A stretch of DNA of 64,000 nucleotides from Bigelowiella natans CCMP2755 (GCA_000320545.1 ADNK01001077.1:1-64000), one strand, 5' to 3'. Shown: positions 1 through 13,729, counted from the stretch's first letter. The notes: a model not told the origin generated them from the sequence alone. Made by a program: numbers and translations.

Positions 1-196
1 TTCCACATAGGCACACTGTCTGTCTCTCTCTCTATCTCTCACACGCTCACACACATGTGTCCCTCTTCGTGGGATTAGATCTCTCATTGTCATAGTTTTA
101 GATATACACACACATATACACACATACTCACTCTCATACTCATTTAAAAACATATATAAGCATGTTTATTTTTATATATCTGCCCCAATCTCTCTC

Positions 197-212
197 TATA
201 TCTCTATATATA

Positions 213-288
<76 letters not shown>
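197..288. repeat. (TA)n microsatellite, representative of the many (TA)n, (CA)n, (GA)n, (TAG/CTA)n, (CAT)n and (CCT)n tracts inside host-gene introns and exons
   Basis: Directly visible in the sequence. Confidence 0.97.
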
Positions 289-291
<3 letters not shown>

Positions 292-304
292 ATCCTATTT
301 CAAG

Positions 305-1538
305 GCGTTGTTTACTTACAGGGCTTCAAACATATAGGTAAATAATAATCCTTTTCATCTTAATTTGTTGAGATCATGAAATGAACTGTATACGCTTAAA
401 TAACTATTAGTATCAAACGAGGAAGGAGATCATACCAGCAGCAAAAAAGTACATTTATTTTCTTCAAGGGGAGAGTTATCAAATCGCAGACAATTTAGGA
501 GCCCTAAAAATATTAGAATATATATGAAGCGATATTCAGTTTGTTAATAACGTCATGATGTTGACCTGTGATTCATTAGAAATATAAACAAATGATGTAT
601 ACGAATTAAGGCATTACTTCTCTTAGTTAAATCGCCACACCAAACGTGAAGAAATGGAGGACTATTTGAGGTAAAAATTCCTGGTACAAGAGCATGGTAG
701 CTTATTTTATGGTAGTAGAGCATGCAAATGAGTCCTCCATTATTAGCGCAGTAGAAGATAGAGTACACAGGAAATTCCGATGCTACGATGCCCCCACTCA
801 ACAGCAGCAACAAGCAGTAATGACTGCAGCAATAGCATTGCTTTAACTGATGTTCACCATATGTCGCCTCACCATTTAAACAGCATGTACGCGTCATCAT
901 CATTATTATTATATTATTATCATCAGGCGAAAATCTAAACAAGATGAGGAAGTGAGGATTAAGAGAGAAAGAGCAGAGGCAGAGGAAAAAAATCATCATG
1001 TCGACCTTGCTTCAACAACCGCTGGTACCACTGAAATAGAGTAGTGGTTTTACTCAATAGTAAAATGAAGTATGTAATAATAACTAACTTCAGGTGATAG
1101 TAGTGAGGAAATACAGTTCAGATGTAACAGCCATTTTCCTCCTACGACATCTTCATCATCCATGATGAAAACACAATCCACAATGTCCAAGTATTTACCG
1201 GTATATTTCAAATCATAAAACAGTTCATTGCTTAAATATGTTCCTACCATGGCCGTGTTAACCTTTTTAGTGTTGTTTTTATATTAATAAATATAACACT
1301 TTTTACATAGCTACTATATACTAGCTTTCTGTACTCGCAACAGTTGATATATATATATATATATATATATTTATAAGCTTTCTGTACTCGCAACAGTTGA
1401 TAGGACTTCATATGATCATTAATTTAGAATAATATCGCTATTATTACTAATGTGAATCAGACTGACTTTGGAAAATGTGACTTTGATTTGGCCAAAGACT
1501 TGGAGTATTTACCGTCTAGACGGTACTTAAAGGAGAAA

Positions 1539-1573
<35 letters not shown>

Positions 1574-3170
1574 TCATCGCCATTTTCATTATAATAACCA
1601 ATGGTATGGTGTGACCCATAGCTACCTTGCAGCAATTTCAAAATCCCCACCGGTAAAAACACATATCTTATCTTGCCCTCCTTGAAAAACATTATTTAGC
1701 TTAGAATATCGACAGAATGTGTTTTATATCGTTTCGAAGAGAAAGAGAAAGAGAAAGAGAAAGAAGAGAGTTATGCATAAACAGAATGGCGAGAAGAATA
1801 AAAGAAATAAGGTGTACAGTGTTCTCTAGACTCAGCAGCTGCTACCTACGAATCTCATTCCACCTATAATCCTCTTCCCCTTCTAGGCAACCTGGCAGAG
1901 TGACTACGAGTACCTCACCACGTACATCGAGAGGTAGTTGTTAGAATCTATGAATTATAGTAATAATCGTGGAGAAATATGACGACTAAGATGTAGGTGC
2001 CACAATGAACCTGGATAATAGTCAGTAATTACCAAATTCAATAGCAACATGTCATTTGCGAAGACAAATACTCTTAATTTGATGATTATCGATCGTATTA
2101 TTATATGAAAGACTGCAAGAACCAAAGAACTGCGATCAACCTGATTCTGAAGACCACAATAGATGGCACCTCGTCAAGGTAGTAGTATTGAAAAAGGAGA
2201 ACACAGCAGCAGTAAGTAGTTGCAGCAGCAGCATTTAGGAATAGGGTGGTTTAAGAATGGATATTTCAACTGAAATGTAACGTTGATTGTGTTTTCTCCT
2301 AGTATTTTTTATTCTACAATGCCTGTGAGGGAGATGATGTCGTTATTATGAGTACGCTTCTCTTCTGTTCTTTTGTTCTTGCCTTTAATCTCTAGTTAAT
2401 CCAAGCTGGTATAGGATTCAATATTTATCTGTTCACAGACGTTGTGGGGAGGTACAGCTACCTTGGCGACGACGACAATGATATTTGATTATTTGTTTGG
2501 ATCTTTGTATGCCTATAATATCATGTTGGTTCTCACTCTGGAAGACATTGGGAGTCTGGAGTATCGGTGATGGTTAATAAGAACAATTTGTGGAGGTGGT
2601 TGTAAATTATAATAGCAATTTAGAAGAAGCATCCTGTCAGACAGCAGCCATTGTGCTTTTTCTCTACTCTAACCTATCATTATCATCATTATTATTAAAA
2701 ATAGTAACTCTATCTTCATCTTAGCGCGTAATAAATGAAATACTTACATTATCCACGGTTTCTATAGGTTTACAGACTACAAATGTGGTCGGGGGTAATG
2801 ATTTGAACATAATTATCATCACCTAATCCATCAGCAAACCATGTCTACAGAAACAATAGAAACATAACCATTTAAATATATAGCCACCATCATTATCATT
2901 TTGAAGTGATCCAAGAACAAATTCTATCACTAAAGAACTACAGAATATATACTACAACTACTACTACTATTACTACTACTAATGGTGATGATGATGATAT
3001 TGATGAAGATGAAGAGGATGAAGAAGAAGATGAAGATGAAGAAGAAGTAGAGATACAGAGTCGATAGAGAGTGCTTTTGGTTGGTGAGGATTTATTACTC
3101 TTTATGAAGTAAGAACAAGAGAGTATGCACGTATTGGATGGCAACCCCCCCTCTGAACTATTGTGTATGG

Positions 3171-3213
<43 letters not shown>

Positions 3214-4346
3214 CGTATAGTGACTATTGTTGTGCATTTGTTTCCAGCACCACATGCCATCTAAAAGAGTTAACACAGTGCGACATAAACAAAATTGATT
3301 TGAAGCAATTAGTTGCAATCACACATCATGGTAGTAGCACGAGCAGTAGTAGTAGCAGTAATACTTGTATAAAAACTGCATACATCTCTGTTTTTCAAGA
3401 TAACATATCAGTAATAGGAAGAATATTAAGTTGGTGCGTATTACTTGATTCTCTGTCGATGAATACATTCATGCAGTTTCCAAAATGTTTAAGTTTTTTA
3501 TCTAAGCTATCATTATAACTGTTATTAAATTTTTGAGGAGTTCTTTTTCTACTTTTCCTCTCTACTTTCCCCCTTCTTATTGGAGGCCCTCCGTGGCCAA
3601 CGTTAGACGATATTTGCACTGAAAACGGGCAATATATAGTCGATAAGGTAGCACTCAATTGTAATATTATATACCGCATCGGCGACTTTATAAATAGTAA
3701 TCATTTTGGTGGAGGACTTGTTATCTGGTGAGGTGGGCTACGGTGTTGAGTGTATATAGACTTTTGTTATAATAAACAGTATTTATTATAACAGGGAAGG
3801 TGTTTATGTAACAAAGGCTATCTACCACATGAAAGCGGCGTAGGTAAGAGGAGGAAGCTGTGTTTATGTAACGATGAAGACTACGCCTATTCATTTACTA
3901 CATGGAAGTATCGTTCTGTTTTACGTGCAGTCTTGTCATGATTGCTACTACCACTATTATTCCCACCATGATATACACCAAGACTACTCCAGACATATAA
4001 TGTGCAGCTACTACTAACTACCAGTGATTAAATACTGTTATTAACCTGGCCATCATCGTATCAGGAGATCCAGCATGTATGAAGCCTCAGTCAGATCGAG
4101 ATAGAGTACATCCAATCTATCACACTCAAACACACTCACACACGCACACGCACACATATACATTATACTATAATTACTTAAAACATATATAATGTAAGAA
4201 GGGATACAATCTTGCATCCATTTTTGTGATAGAGATGATTTGTTATAATTTCAATTTTTGTGATAGAGATGATTTGTTAGAATTTCGCGTATTGGCATGT
4301 GTCATGATTTATGTCGCATGAATACCGCTGTTGCTACTACCATCCC

Positions 4347-4382
<36 letters not shown>

Positions 4383-4671
4383 AATAGATACCAGGCAAAG
4401 ATGAAGCATTAGATGGGAATATTCCATGGTCTCTTGCAGGTAATATATTCAGAGTAGTAGTAGTAGTAGTAGTAGTAGGCTGAATTGTTGCAGCAGTAGT
4501 AGTAGCAGGATTTCAAGCAGTAGTTGTGTATCCACTAATGTAATATGTACACACACATATACATAATTTCTATACAACAAACAATATGTGTGTAAGTATG
4601 TTCATCATATTCATCAACCAAGTTCCTATTCCACAATTATCAGCACCTGGAGAAGTAGATACTGGAGGAAG

Positions 4672-4702
<31 letters not shown>

Positions 4703-7051
4703 GGATAATTGCTGCTACAGCAGATGCATTATTCTTTACAACAAAACAGTATTTAATGACACACAATGAATACAACGATGATACTTGCTATACTCGAAAA
4801 TATTATGATGAGAATGATACATGGAACAGCGGCAACATTACAAAAAAGGTCATCTCCATCTGCCTTATATTACCTTCTATTTCCTATCTTCCACACCAAA
4901 ATTATTTAAACGCTCAGTGGATGTCCACACGCATTCCCTGCCGTTCACAAGCTAAGATGGAAAAATGTGAGGAGGAGGAGGAGGGATCATCCTATATTTT
5001 ACATCATCATCATCATCATCATTTTTGTGTTTTTATTTATTGACACCACCGGGTTGTCGTTTGTGCGGCAACTATTTGTGTAAAATCATTTCTTCATCCG
5101 TCCATCCATTCATCCGTCCATCCACTCACAGCTAACTACTGGATGATCGAATATACTATTATTTGATGATTGGTCTATATTATTTATCATAACCAAATGA
5201 TTAGGGATTTTTTTGGTGGCATGCAATGCACTTGCATTTTTTGGTAATTCTTTGGAGTATGTGTTATCAATTTAAATTCACAAGAAGCAAAAGAGCAGCA
5301 AAAAGCATTGTGTACATTATCATCACCATCAGCACCCCTATCATCATCGTCATCGTCATCATCATCTTCATCATCATCATCATCATCATCATCATCGTAT
5401 CAATGCATATATATATATTTTTTAACGAATCATCCTCTCTCTCTCTCTCCCTCCCTCTCTGTGACGCACACAAACACACAAGTACAAACAACAAATTAAT
5501 AAAAATGAATTATGTAGATACGCAATGCACCGAACTATCCTAAACTGGAGGAGTGGGCAATACTGCACAATTTAGATCATAAAAACAAAAAATCTTGCGT
5601 CGCGGTAATAAGAAATAAATACTGGGTAGATAGATAGATAGATAGATGTATAGATAAAATTATATAACTGAGAAGATAGTGCATTTGTCGATAATTAACA
5701 AAATAACGATGACGGGAATGAAGGGGTATGGGATGGTGGATAATAATTCGATATAAAGCAAGATTTATAAACAAAACCAAGGACGATAGACTATGAATAT
5801 TTCATAAAGAAACTATCACAGCTTTGGAATTGATTAACTTGTTGACTTGTGTTTAATAACACGTATACAGGTACATGTGAGGCATGGAGACGCATGTGAG
5901 ATTAGTAGTAGTATCAGTTATTATGATCGTTATTTAGGTTTTGTAGTGGGGTGGTACTAGAATAGAGGTAGAAGAGAGTAGGTAATTTTATATTACCGAA
6001 GAAAATACAAATGCTCTCAAATACATCGACAGTACGTTAATGCATAACTTGTGTCTTCTTCTCGATCCTGATTAATTCTATTTCTCAAAGGTATGGATAA
6101 ATACTCGCTACATCGTACTTGTCATCACTGGTAGTGTTAAGAAGAATCCGCTGTGTACTTTAGATACAATATGTTCTCCTGCTACTCATGTTTGGTAATA
6201 AAAAATTTAGGCGTCAATATGAGATGATGTTGATGATGGTAAACAATAGTAATATTTGGTGCTGCAAGGATTATGTACTTATTGGATATATTTCCACACT
6301 TAACAAATACAATTATGATCAGGAGGGAATACGCCGACAAATTAGCAATTTTGGAGAAAAAGTTGTTATAAAATTCAACTATGGATGCTACAGAGCTGCT
6401 TGATAGAATTAGCGTCTATATTCTCTGATTATCCACATTTGCATTTCCTCAATTTATCATGTTGCTGCATATTGCGTGGATTGTGTGTGCTAGAAGTAGT
6501 AGTATCTCTGTGAACCAATGTGGTGGTGATGTGTGGTGAAGCAGTAGTATCTCTGTGAACCAATGTGGTGGTGATGTGTGCTAGAAGCAGTAGTATCTCT
6601 GTGAACCAATGTGGTGGTGAGATGTGTGGTGAAGCAGTAGTGTCTCTGTGAACCATTGTGGTGGTGTTAGCTTACTAGACTACGACGACTACTACTACTA
6701 CTGCTACTATTTCCATAATCAATTATTCCTATTCGTTCGCAGATACGGCAAGCAAGACACTATTTTTATTGCTACCGATGATCAAAAGGTGGTGGTGATA
6801 ACACAAGTTTGTGCTGCATGTAACTATACTACTACAAGAATATTCTTCTGAATTTATTTTTTTCCTTCATCTCCAAAACACAAAACACTTCTAGGTTATA
6901 GAAGAAGCAATCAAGGATAAAAACCATAAGGTGTATATCTCATCATCATCACCATCACATCATCCTCATTATGTGAGTGTTCATATGGAAATCTCACCAC
7001 CATAGGTCTAAATGTGCAATTGCTACATAATGAGGAGGAGCTTATATATTA

Positions 7052-7087
<36 letters not shown>

Positions 7088-7305
7088 GCGCGTGGATGTA
7101 TTATCTGATGGTCACACTATTGAATTCTCTCAGCAGTAGTATGCTATTATTTATAGTTCGTGTTTCAAAATATATCTCGAGAAAAATATACGCCTAAAGG
7201 CTGGGGTATGTACGTTCATAAAAATATAAAAATAAGCATGCAAAGATGAAGGTGGTGAAATGATGCAACTATGTTTCTAATACACTACTTTTGTACTACT
7301 ACAAT

Positions 7306-7341
<36 letters not shown>

Positions 7342-8188
7342 AATTACTACTACTACTGCTACTATGTAGTTTATATCATATACTACACCATTATTCCTGC
7401 AACGGTAGTAGTAGTACCATCAATCGCCTGCTGCTCCCCTATGATAGTATTACTACTTCGCCTGTCTGTCAATTATTTTTACTATTCTACAATTGTACTA
7501 CTACAACAATCATCCAATACTACTTCTCTTCTCGAATGATAGGGCATACCATCGACACCAGAGAAGATTTGAACAAACCCAGGTGATTTGGTCGGATTTG
7601 GAAAATCTTCACAACAACAATAACATTATGCATAATAAGATCACAATCAGTAACTACATAACACCATCTTCTAACACTCTTTTTTTGAAACAAAAAAATT
7701 GAATAAAATGTGGATAATTTCCATAATGAAGAACTTATTTGGATAACTGTGTTATCATCGCCGGTTCATAATTATCACCATCAAGTAACTTAGTACCTAG
7801 CTACTGTGTGAAATGAAGTAAATGATTGATTTTTGCTTTGCTTATTGGTTGGACGACGCTGGCACTACTCGACAACAATCAACGGTGGCTGATGGATGAC
7901 GATGATGATACAGTGTCGTTACCGAGTTCATGCAAGATATCGTGGTAATAATCAAAAGAGTAGTAGTACCAATGACGATGATTCATATGACATACTTCCA
8001 ATTAACTATCTTTCACTTTCTTATGGTTGCTGTTTTTGTCGTTGCCAAAAGGCTATGAGCATGTGCGGTATGTTTGTGGGTACATTTACATCTTCTATAG
8101 GCTGGCTTGTAGTGGAACTGCAGGTTACTTCGTGCCTGTTTTTTGTGGTTGTGTGTATGTATGTATGATGTGTGATGTGTGCGTAGTG

Positions 8189-8220
<32 letters not shown>

Positions 8221-8323
8221 TGTAGTAGTAGTTGTAGCAGTAGTTGTAGCAGTAGTAGTAGTAGTAGCTATGGTGGTAGTGAACAATGATCAAACAAATT
8301 CCAGATACAAGCATCGCAGTATG

Positions 8324-8365
<42 letters not shown>

Positions 8366-8840
8366 AGAGAGCAGAGAGTGAAGCTAAAGCTTCAATGTTT
8401 CAGCTCCCACAAAGACTTCATAAAATTTTTCGTTTTACGACTTTTGTTGGCTGACAAATCATCATCACCATATCCTTATCATCAATACTAAAATGAAAAA
8501 ATATTCATGACATGAATAATACAATCTTAAAATTATTCTCAAAATTATTTACGTTTTAGGCATCACGTTTGGGATATTATGCACCATTTATTGCGCTCGA
8601 TATGCCGTATGCTCATGAGAAAAACGTAAACATTACCATCACTACCCTATTTACCTAATTCTATGCTGAGAGAACGTGTCAATATGTTGTGTTTCTTGAA
8701 AGTTATCATATTGACACCTCTTTTATGCAAAAGGAGCAAATTGCATTATTGAGAGAGACATACTAATCTAGGTGGGAAGATTTCTAACTTGGAATGATTA
8801 TCCGAAGCCAGTGATCAAGCAATCTGGTTTAATTAAGTAA
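305..8840 (+). CDS. Multi-exon alpha-1,6-fucosyltransferase-like protein (GT23, FUT8/NodZ-type); 5' extent uncertain, probably continues upstream of the window
   Basis: Manually spliced exons give GFFGG (~5205), VHVRHGDAC (~5871), [15 protein letters not shown] (~6743), [24 protein letters not shown] (~8052) and [17 protein letters not shown] (~8560). The last exon [22 protein letters not shown] ends at TAA 8838-8840. These match the GT23 motifs HVRxxD, IFxATDD and FVGTFSS. The upstream exons could belong to a separate gene. Confidence 0.8.
6481..6665. repeat. Intronic minisatellite, about 4 copies of a ~42-45 bp unit (gaagcagtagtatctctgtgaaccaatgtggtggtgatgtgtg)
   Basis: Head-to-tail near-identical units with no unique spacers. 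Confidence 0.9.
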
Positions 8841-9684
8841 ATAATAGCCCAAGTAATGTGCTGCACTGAACAGGTCGGTCAGGTTGCTGGCTGAAATGAA
8901 GCGTAACGCGGATTCTTGAATTTCATGCCACGAGAAGTTCTCTGCATTGCTTACTCGTAATGACAGTTTCAATTAACATGTTCATGAAGGCAACGCACAA
9001 ACGCGCCTAGATGCCGTTTGTGTTAGGCAATGGCCGACCGATCAAGATGTGTGCCAATCTTTGTAGCAATGTGCATTGCATGTGCGCACCACGGCGAATG
9101 TTGTTCTTTAGCAACACACACTCTGTTTAGTCGGCACTTCCTTGCGCAGCACAATGAAATGAAACATGCAATGTGATGGAAGATGTGTGTGCGTGTGTGG
9201 AAGCTGCAACACGTGTCACGACGTGTGCACCTGCGCGCGTGTGTGCATCCGTCGAACACCCTGATGTGTGCACGTTGGCACGTTCCACAGCGTTGCACTT
9301 GCAAGATGACTAGATGGGCTGCTTCGTTGAATCTGTGGCCCTGTGAGGCTGTGTAGCGTGTAGCCCTGTGAGGCTGTCTAGCCATGTGTGAAAAAGCGCG
9401 TGCAAACTGCGATGCTAGATCGACTGTGCTTGTTCATGATGCACAGAGTGCCCCACAAATGTGCACTTTGGCGTGTTTTCGCGGCCGTGCTGTGCATGTG
9501 GTGAAAATGTTGCACAACTAGCACCAGAGCAGGCAAAAAACGCAGGTGAGCTGCGCCGGCTTTGCAAATCCAAGCATGCACGCGCACGCGTTCTTTCGCG
9601 CGAGCTAGCGAGCGCTTGCATGGCACAAGCAATGGTCATTGCAAACACATTGCAATGCATTTTGACCAGTTGAAAGCGTTTGGT

Positions 9685-9858
9685 TTTTGCCACATCGGCT
9701 GAAATGATGCCAAAATGACACCTCAGAATCCACATCACGACTGCTAGACTGCACCTAGACCACTGCGACTGTCCACAAAAAATGGTCTCGGTGCAGTCTG
9801 GCAGTCGTGATGTGGATTGAGGTGTCATTTTGGCATCATTTCAGCCGATGTGGCAAAA
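9685..9858. repeat. Long inverted repeat or hairpin (arms 9685-9762 and 9783-9858, 20-bp spacer)
   Basis: ttttgccacatcggctgaaatgatgccaaaatgacacctc...agacca pairs with tggtct...gaggtgtcattttggcatcatttcagccgatgtggcaaaa, with 2 substitutions and one 2-bp indel. Confidence 0.92.
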
Positions 9859-9879
9859 CTGAACGCGTGATGGACGTGC

Positions 9880-11150
9880 AATGTGACACACACGTGTTGC
9901 ACATGCACATCACATGCACCACGTTGCTGTGTCCATTGTGCATTTTCAACTGGCGGCCAAAACACACTTCAGTGTGTTCGCAATGATCATTCCAGCATTG
10001 CCAAGCGCTCGCGCGGAAAAAACGCACACATGGCTCACACTTCTCATGTTCAAGACTTGCATTTTGAGACAACGCTAGCCAGAAAGGTTCAACCTGCTTG
10101 CTGGCTTGTTGCCACATTCTGGCATTGATCGAGTTCATCTCCAGGTGTTGAAAAATTTCTGCACTTTGGCTGTCCATCTAGCCATCGCTAGATCGACTTG
10201 GAACGTTGTGATCAAACCAATGTGCGAACTGAGTGTGTGCAACGTGTCAGTTTGTCTGATTTGTTTGCGTTGCACCGAAACTTCCAGAATTTTGTGATGC
10301 ACACGTGCACCCCCCGCCCTGCATGTCTGCACATGACTGCGCTGCTAGCCCCACCAGCCCCTTCGATTCAAACCATCAAAAATCGCACAAGCTAGCAAGT
10401 GTGAACTGGTCAACTTTGCTTGAGTTTTGGGTCGTGTTGTGTCACCGAGCCCATTGCAACCATGTGGCATTGCCAGATTGGGGTGGCCAGATGTGCGATG
10501 CATGCAAGCAAAGAATTGCAGCAAAACTACGCGGCGCGCTAGCGTGCGGCGTCATCGATCCACATGCACAGCTGGCCCAAACCCGGCAACAATGAGGTTT
10601 CGATCTGACCAATCAGTCACATCCCAAGCATCCAACGTCAAGTCAAAACGTTGTGTTTGCCCACTGGGATCAATGCATGCGGAGGAACGTGTTCTCTGTG
10701 CATCCAGGATTTCGAGCACCACACACGTTTTGTCTCATTTTCAGGCAATCCTGGAAAGGTGGCCAATTTCGCTTCAAAAAACTGTTGATTGTGCACCAGT
10801 GCATGCCACGTGCATGCGGTCTAGCGGTGCATGAAAAATCAGCCCAATCGCTCACAGCTCCGTCAAACCCGGTGACGACGGGGTTGTGAACAGTGCAGCG
10901 CTTTGCGACGCGCTTTGAAGCAGCAGGCAGTTGCAGTTCCAGAGTTGGTCAAAGAAAAGTCATCAGAACTTGTCCGATGCTAGCGATGGCCAAACCTCAA
11001 AAAATGACCGAATGAACATTGACCCAAATCTAGCAAATGTCCATTTTCAAGGCCTCAGTGAGCGCGCAAAGTGTGAAAATTCACAGCCATTCAGCATTGC
11101 ACGGAGGATGCACGCTGCACGTTTGTTCTCTGCCACACTTTGAATGCTTT
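9880..11150 (-). pseudogene. Degenerate coding remnant of unknown origin inside zone 1
   Basis: Minus-strand fragments (e.g. SDWADFSCTARPHARGMHWCTINSFLKRNWPPFQDCLKMRQ) lack Tyr, are rich in Cys/His/Met, and read like ordinary protein after back-converting C/H to Y and M to I. No family recognised. Confidence 0.35.
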
Positions 11151-11719
11151 TGCGCGTGCTGGCGTGTGTTTGACCAAGTGTGACATGCACGAAAAATTTC
11201 AAAGAAATGCGAACAAATCCAATGTCCATCACATCACACAACGCGCTTGGTCGCGCGCAACGCCGAAGCCATGAAAATTCCCAGGCTTCGCCTAGCTGTG
11301 CGTGCTTGGTGCGTGGACAAACATGGGAAAAGAAGCGCGTGCAAGCACACACACACACACACACACACCCACCCACCAGGTGGCTAGCTGCACATGTCCA
11401 CTAGATGCATGTGTAGCAAGGACGCCGCGACAATCGCCTAGACCGCCGTCTATCTAGCCGTGTCTTTAGTTGCGCACGCTTGTACATCTCGACCTACTTC
11501 ACGTCTGGTTTGCCACACACGATGTGGATGTGCTTCAGCATGGCGACAGGATGACAGCTTCTTTCGATCAGTGCACGTACATGTCAAGATAGAGGTCTAG
11601 ATGTGGAATCAGATGAATGTCTGATCATCCTAACGCTGGTACATCACGAGTCTTTGTACTGTGAGAGTACACACATCAAATGGAAGTTACAAACACTGTA
11701 CTTGAACTACAGTTCATCC

Positions 11720-13400
11720 TTAAACTTTTCCAGCCTTCTTCTGTGCGAACCAGACTGCAAACTTGGTTGTGAGGCATCCTCCAACAAAACAGCCAGCAGA
11801 AATCGAGCCCACGACTACAGGATTGAATCCCGCTTTAGTGTCAAAAACTGGAGGATTATCATGTCCTTTAACGGCAGATCGTGTGGAAATGAATCGGCGC
11901 TGGGCAATAGTGCGGATAGATCTGTTGTGCAAGGGGGAAATGTGGGCCATCTCAGCAAGATCAATCCAAAAATTGCAATCAGAGATAGGACATGTGATTT
12001 ATCGTGTTAAATAAAGGATAGCATCCATTAGTTTTTCATTATTATAAGCTTCTCCATGGATGAATAGTAAGCAAATACGTAACCTTAGGATGGGAGCGGA
12101 CATAGCACTGGAGGGGAGTGTGTAATCTTATCAGATATTGAAAGGTTACAAATAGAAGAGAAATGAATAAAATCCATGTTTTCATCACCTACGACTTGCC
12201 AGAATATTTGGACTCTTTGTCTATTTGGGCTATGCCAAATATTTTCCAGTTTAAATCAAATCTGAACGCATATTTGTAAGGTATATGACTGATCAAAGTT
12301 TGTCGAAAGCTACTAGAATTTTAAGAAGAAAATTAACTTTATCATCATTTGAAGTCAAAATTAGATCCATAAATTCTTTTCCAAATGATTTCTTTCTGCA
12401 ACAAAGTTCTCAAAAAATATGCACAAAACACTAGCGGAGAAACCTATAGAAGTATCTGGAAATGAATTGTCGTAGGATGCTAACATACTTCAAACAATTT
12501 CATAAAATTTCCGCAATAATTTGTCAGAGTAAAATGAAATGCAAGTCGCTCTAAAAATAAAGATGCTATTTGAGAGTTTCGGAGATTACCCATTGCTGTG
12601 TTGTCGTACGGAGACGAATTCACTTGTTTTGAGTTTTTCCCAATTTACTCGATTTCTCTCCGTGCTCTGTTGAGGTTGAGCGAATTTTGCTCAGATTCAG
12701 TCCATATTGTGCATATATGATTTTGTTTCTGTAGTCTTTAAATCCTATAAATATATATGTATATTGCTATATATAGATGTCGTATAATAATAACACACTA
12801 TTTAATTTAGCGGTCAATCAACATTGAACTGAATTATTTCTAAATAAGTAACTCGTTGTGGACTTTTCTGTTTTCAGAATACATATTCAATATGAAATAG
12901 AGAATAATACTTATTTCTCCTATAATTTTACTTCTTCCAAACTCATAGAAGCATAAATGCAAACTATTTAAAGAGATCAAAATTGTGTGTGAATAACAAA
13001 CTCTGAAAGAATAAAAAATCAAGCCCAAAATTTAATCAGAAGTGCAACATAATTTTGCATATTTTTCTTGATTCCTGCTGTGAAATTGTCAAAACCCCCC
13101 TATTCTTGCATGTATCTGAGGAAAGTTACTACTAATCTTTCTAGTATAAAAGCATAAAAGTCTGAATATTATAATAAAAGTAGTAGATTTTAGTCCCTTT
13201 TGAAACATAAAACACTCCATATGCCAAATATTGATGTGTAACATCGTATTTGGTGAAAGAATTAGTGTCTGAAAGTTTTAATTGTGATCTCTCTTTCAAG
13301 GTGTGTCTCTCTTTTCTTTCTCGTTCTTCTCTGTTCTCTCTCTCTCTGTTCTCTCTCTCTCTGTTCTCTCTAAAATCATTAAACAACACTGTGCTCATCA
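11720..13400 (-). CDS. Multi-exon hypothetical protein with short plain introns; boundaries uncertain, possibly decaying
   Basis: Exon-like segments separated by GT-AG introns, e.g. ERLAFHFTLTNYCGNFMKLFE and IPYKYAFRFDLNWKIFGIAQIDKESK. No domain recognised. Confidence 0.4.
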
Positions 13401-13729
13401 TCAACCTGCATCTTTCTTCTCCGGCATCTTATCAATTTCCTTCGTCGTAGATCCACGGTAATTGTGAGAAGGGAAGAGGGGAATGAAAGGAGAAAATAGC
13501 AATACACACATGCGCACGGAACATGATGATAACAACATTCTAATTCCCACAGGATAGCACGCACTGAGACGAAGGAAAATAGGAAGAAGCCTCTTGAGGT
13601 ACCAGGAAGCACAGGACCTTTACCATCGGCAAGTAGTAGAAGCAACCATTATATCCGCAACAGCAACAGCCGTCGCCGCGCCCCACGACGACGACAACAC
13701 GTGTAGTAGTACTCTTGGAAGGTCAATAG

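Larger units (their letters stand above)
8860..11700. other. TpA-depleted, CTAG-retaining hypermutated zone 1
   Basis: Manual count over 9375-11405 gives 19 TA dinucleotides, 18 in CTAG and 1 in CTAC. TG/CA and CG are abundant. Confidence 0.93.

Noticed and set aside
3682-3728. Exon [15 protein letters not shown] as a GH18 chitinase motif
   Set aside because: No DxDxE catalytic motif found; the resemblance is too short to call.
6481-6665. CRISPR-like array
   Set aside because: Contiguous tandem units with no unique spacers, intronic in a eukaryotic gene, and no cas genes nearby.
2938-8365. Poly-I/poly-Y/poly-S/HTHT ORFs in the ORF track (here and throughout the window)
   Set aside because: They are translations of intronic microsatellites.
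9023-11404. Dense overlapping ORFs in the TA-depleted zones as real genes or an alternative genetic code
   Set aside because: Loss of TAA and most TAG stops opens all six frames. Real genes in the window use Tyr and standard stop codons.
9375-11405. TG/CA excess explained by CpG methylation-deamination or classical RIP
   Set aside because: CpG is abundant (cgcgcacgcg, ttcgcgcgag), TA is lost rather than gained, and the copia codons go TAC->TGC/CAC.
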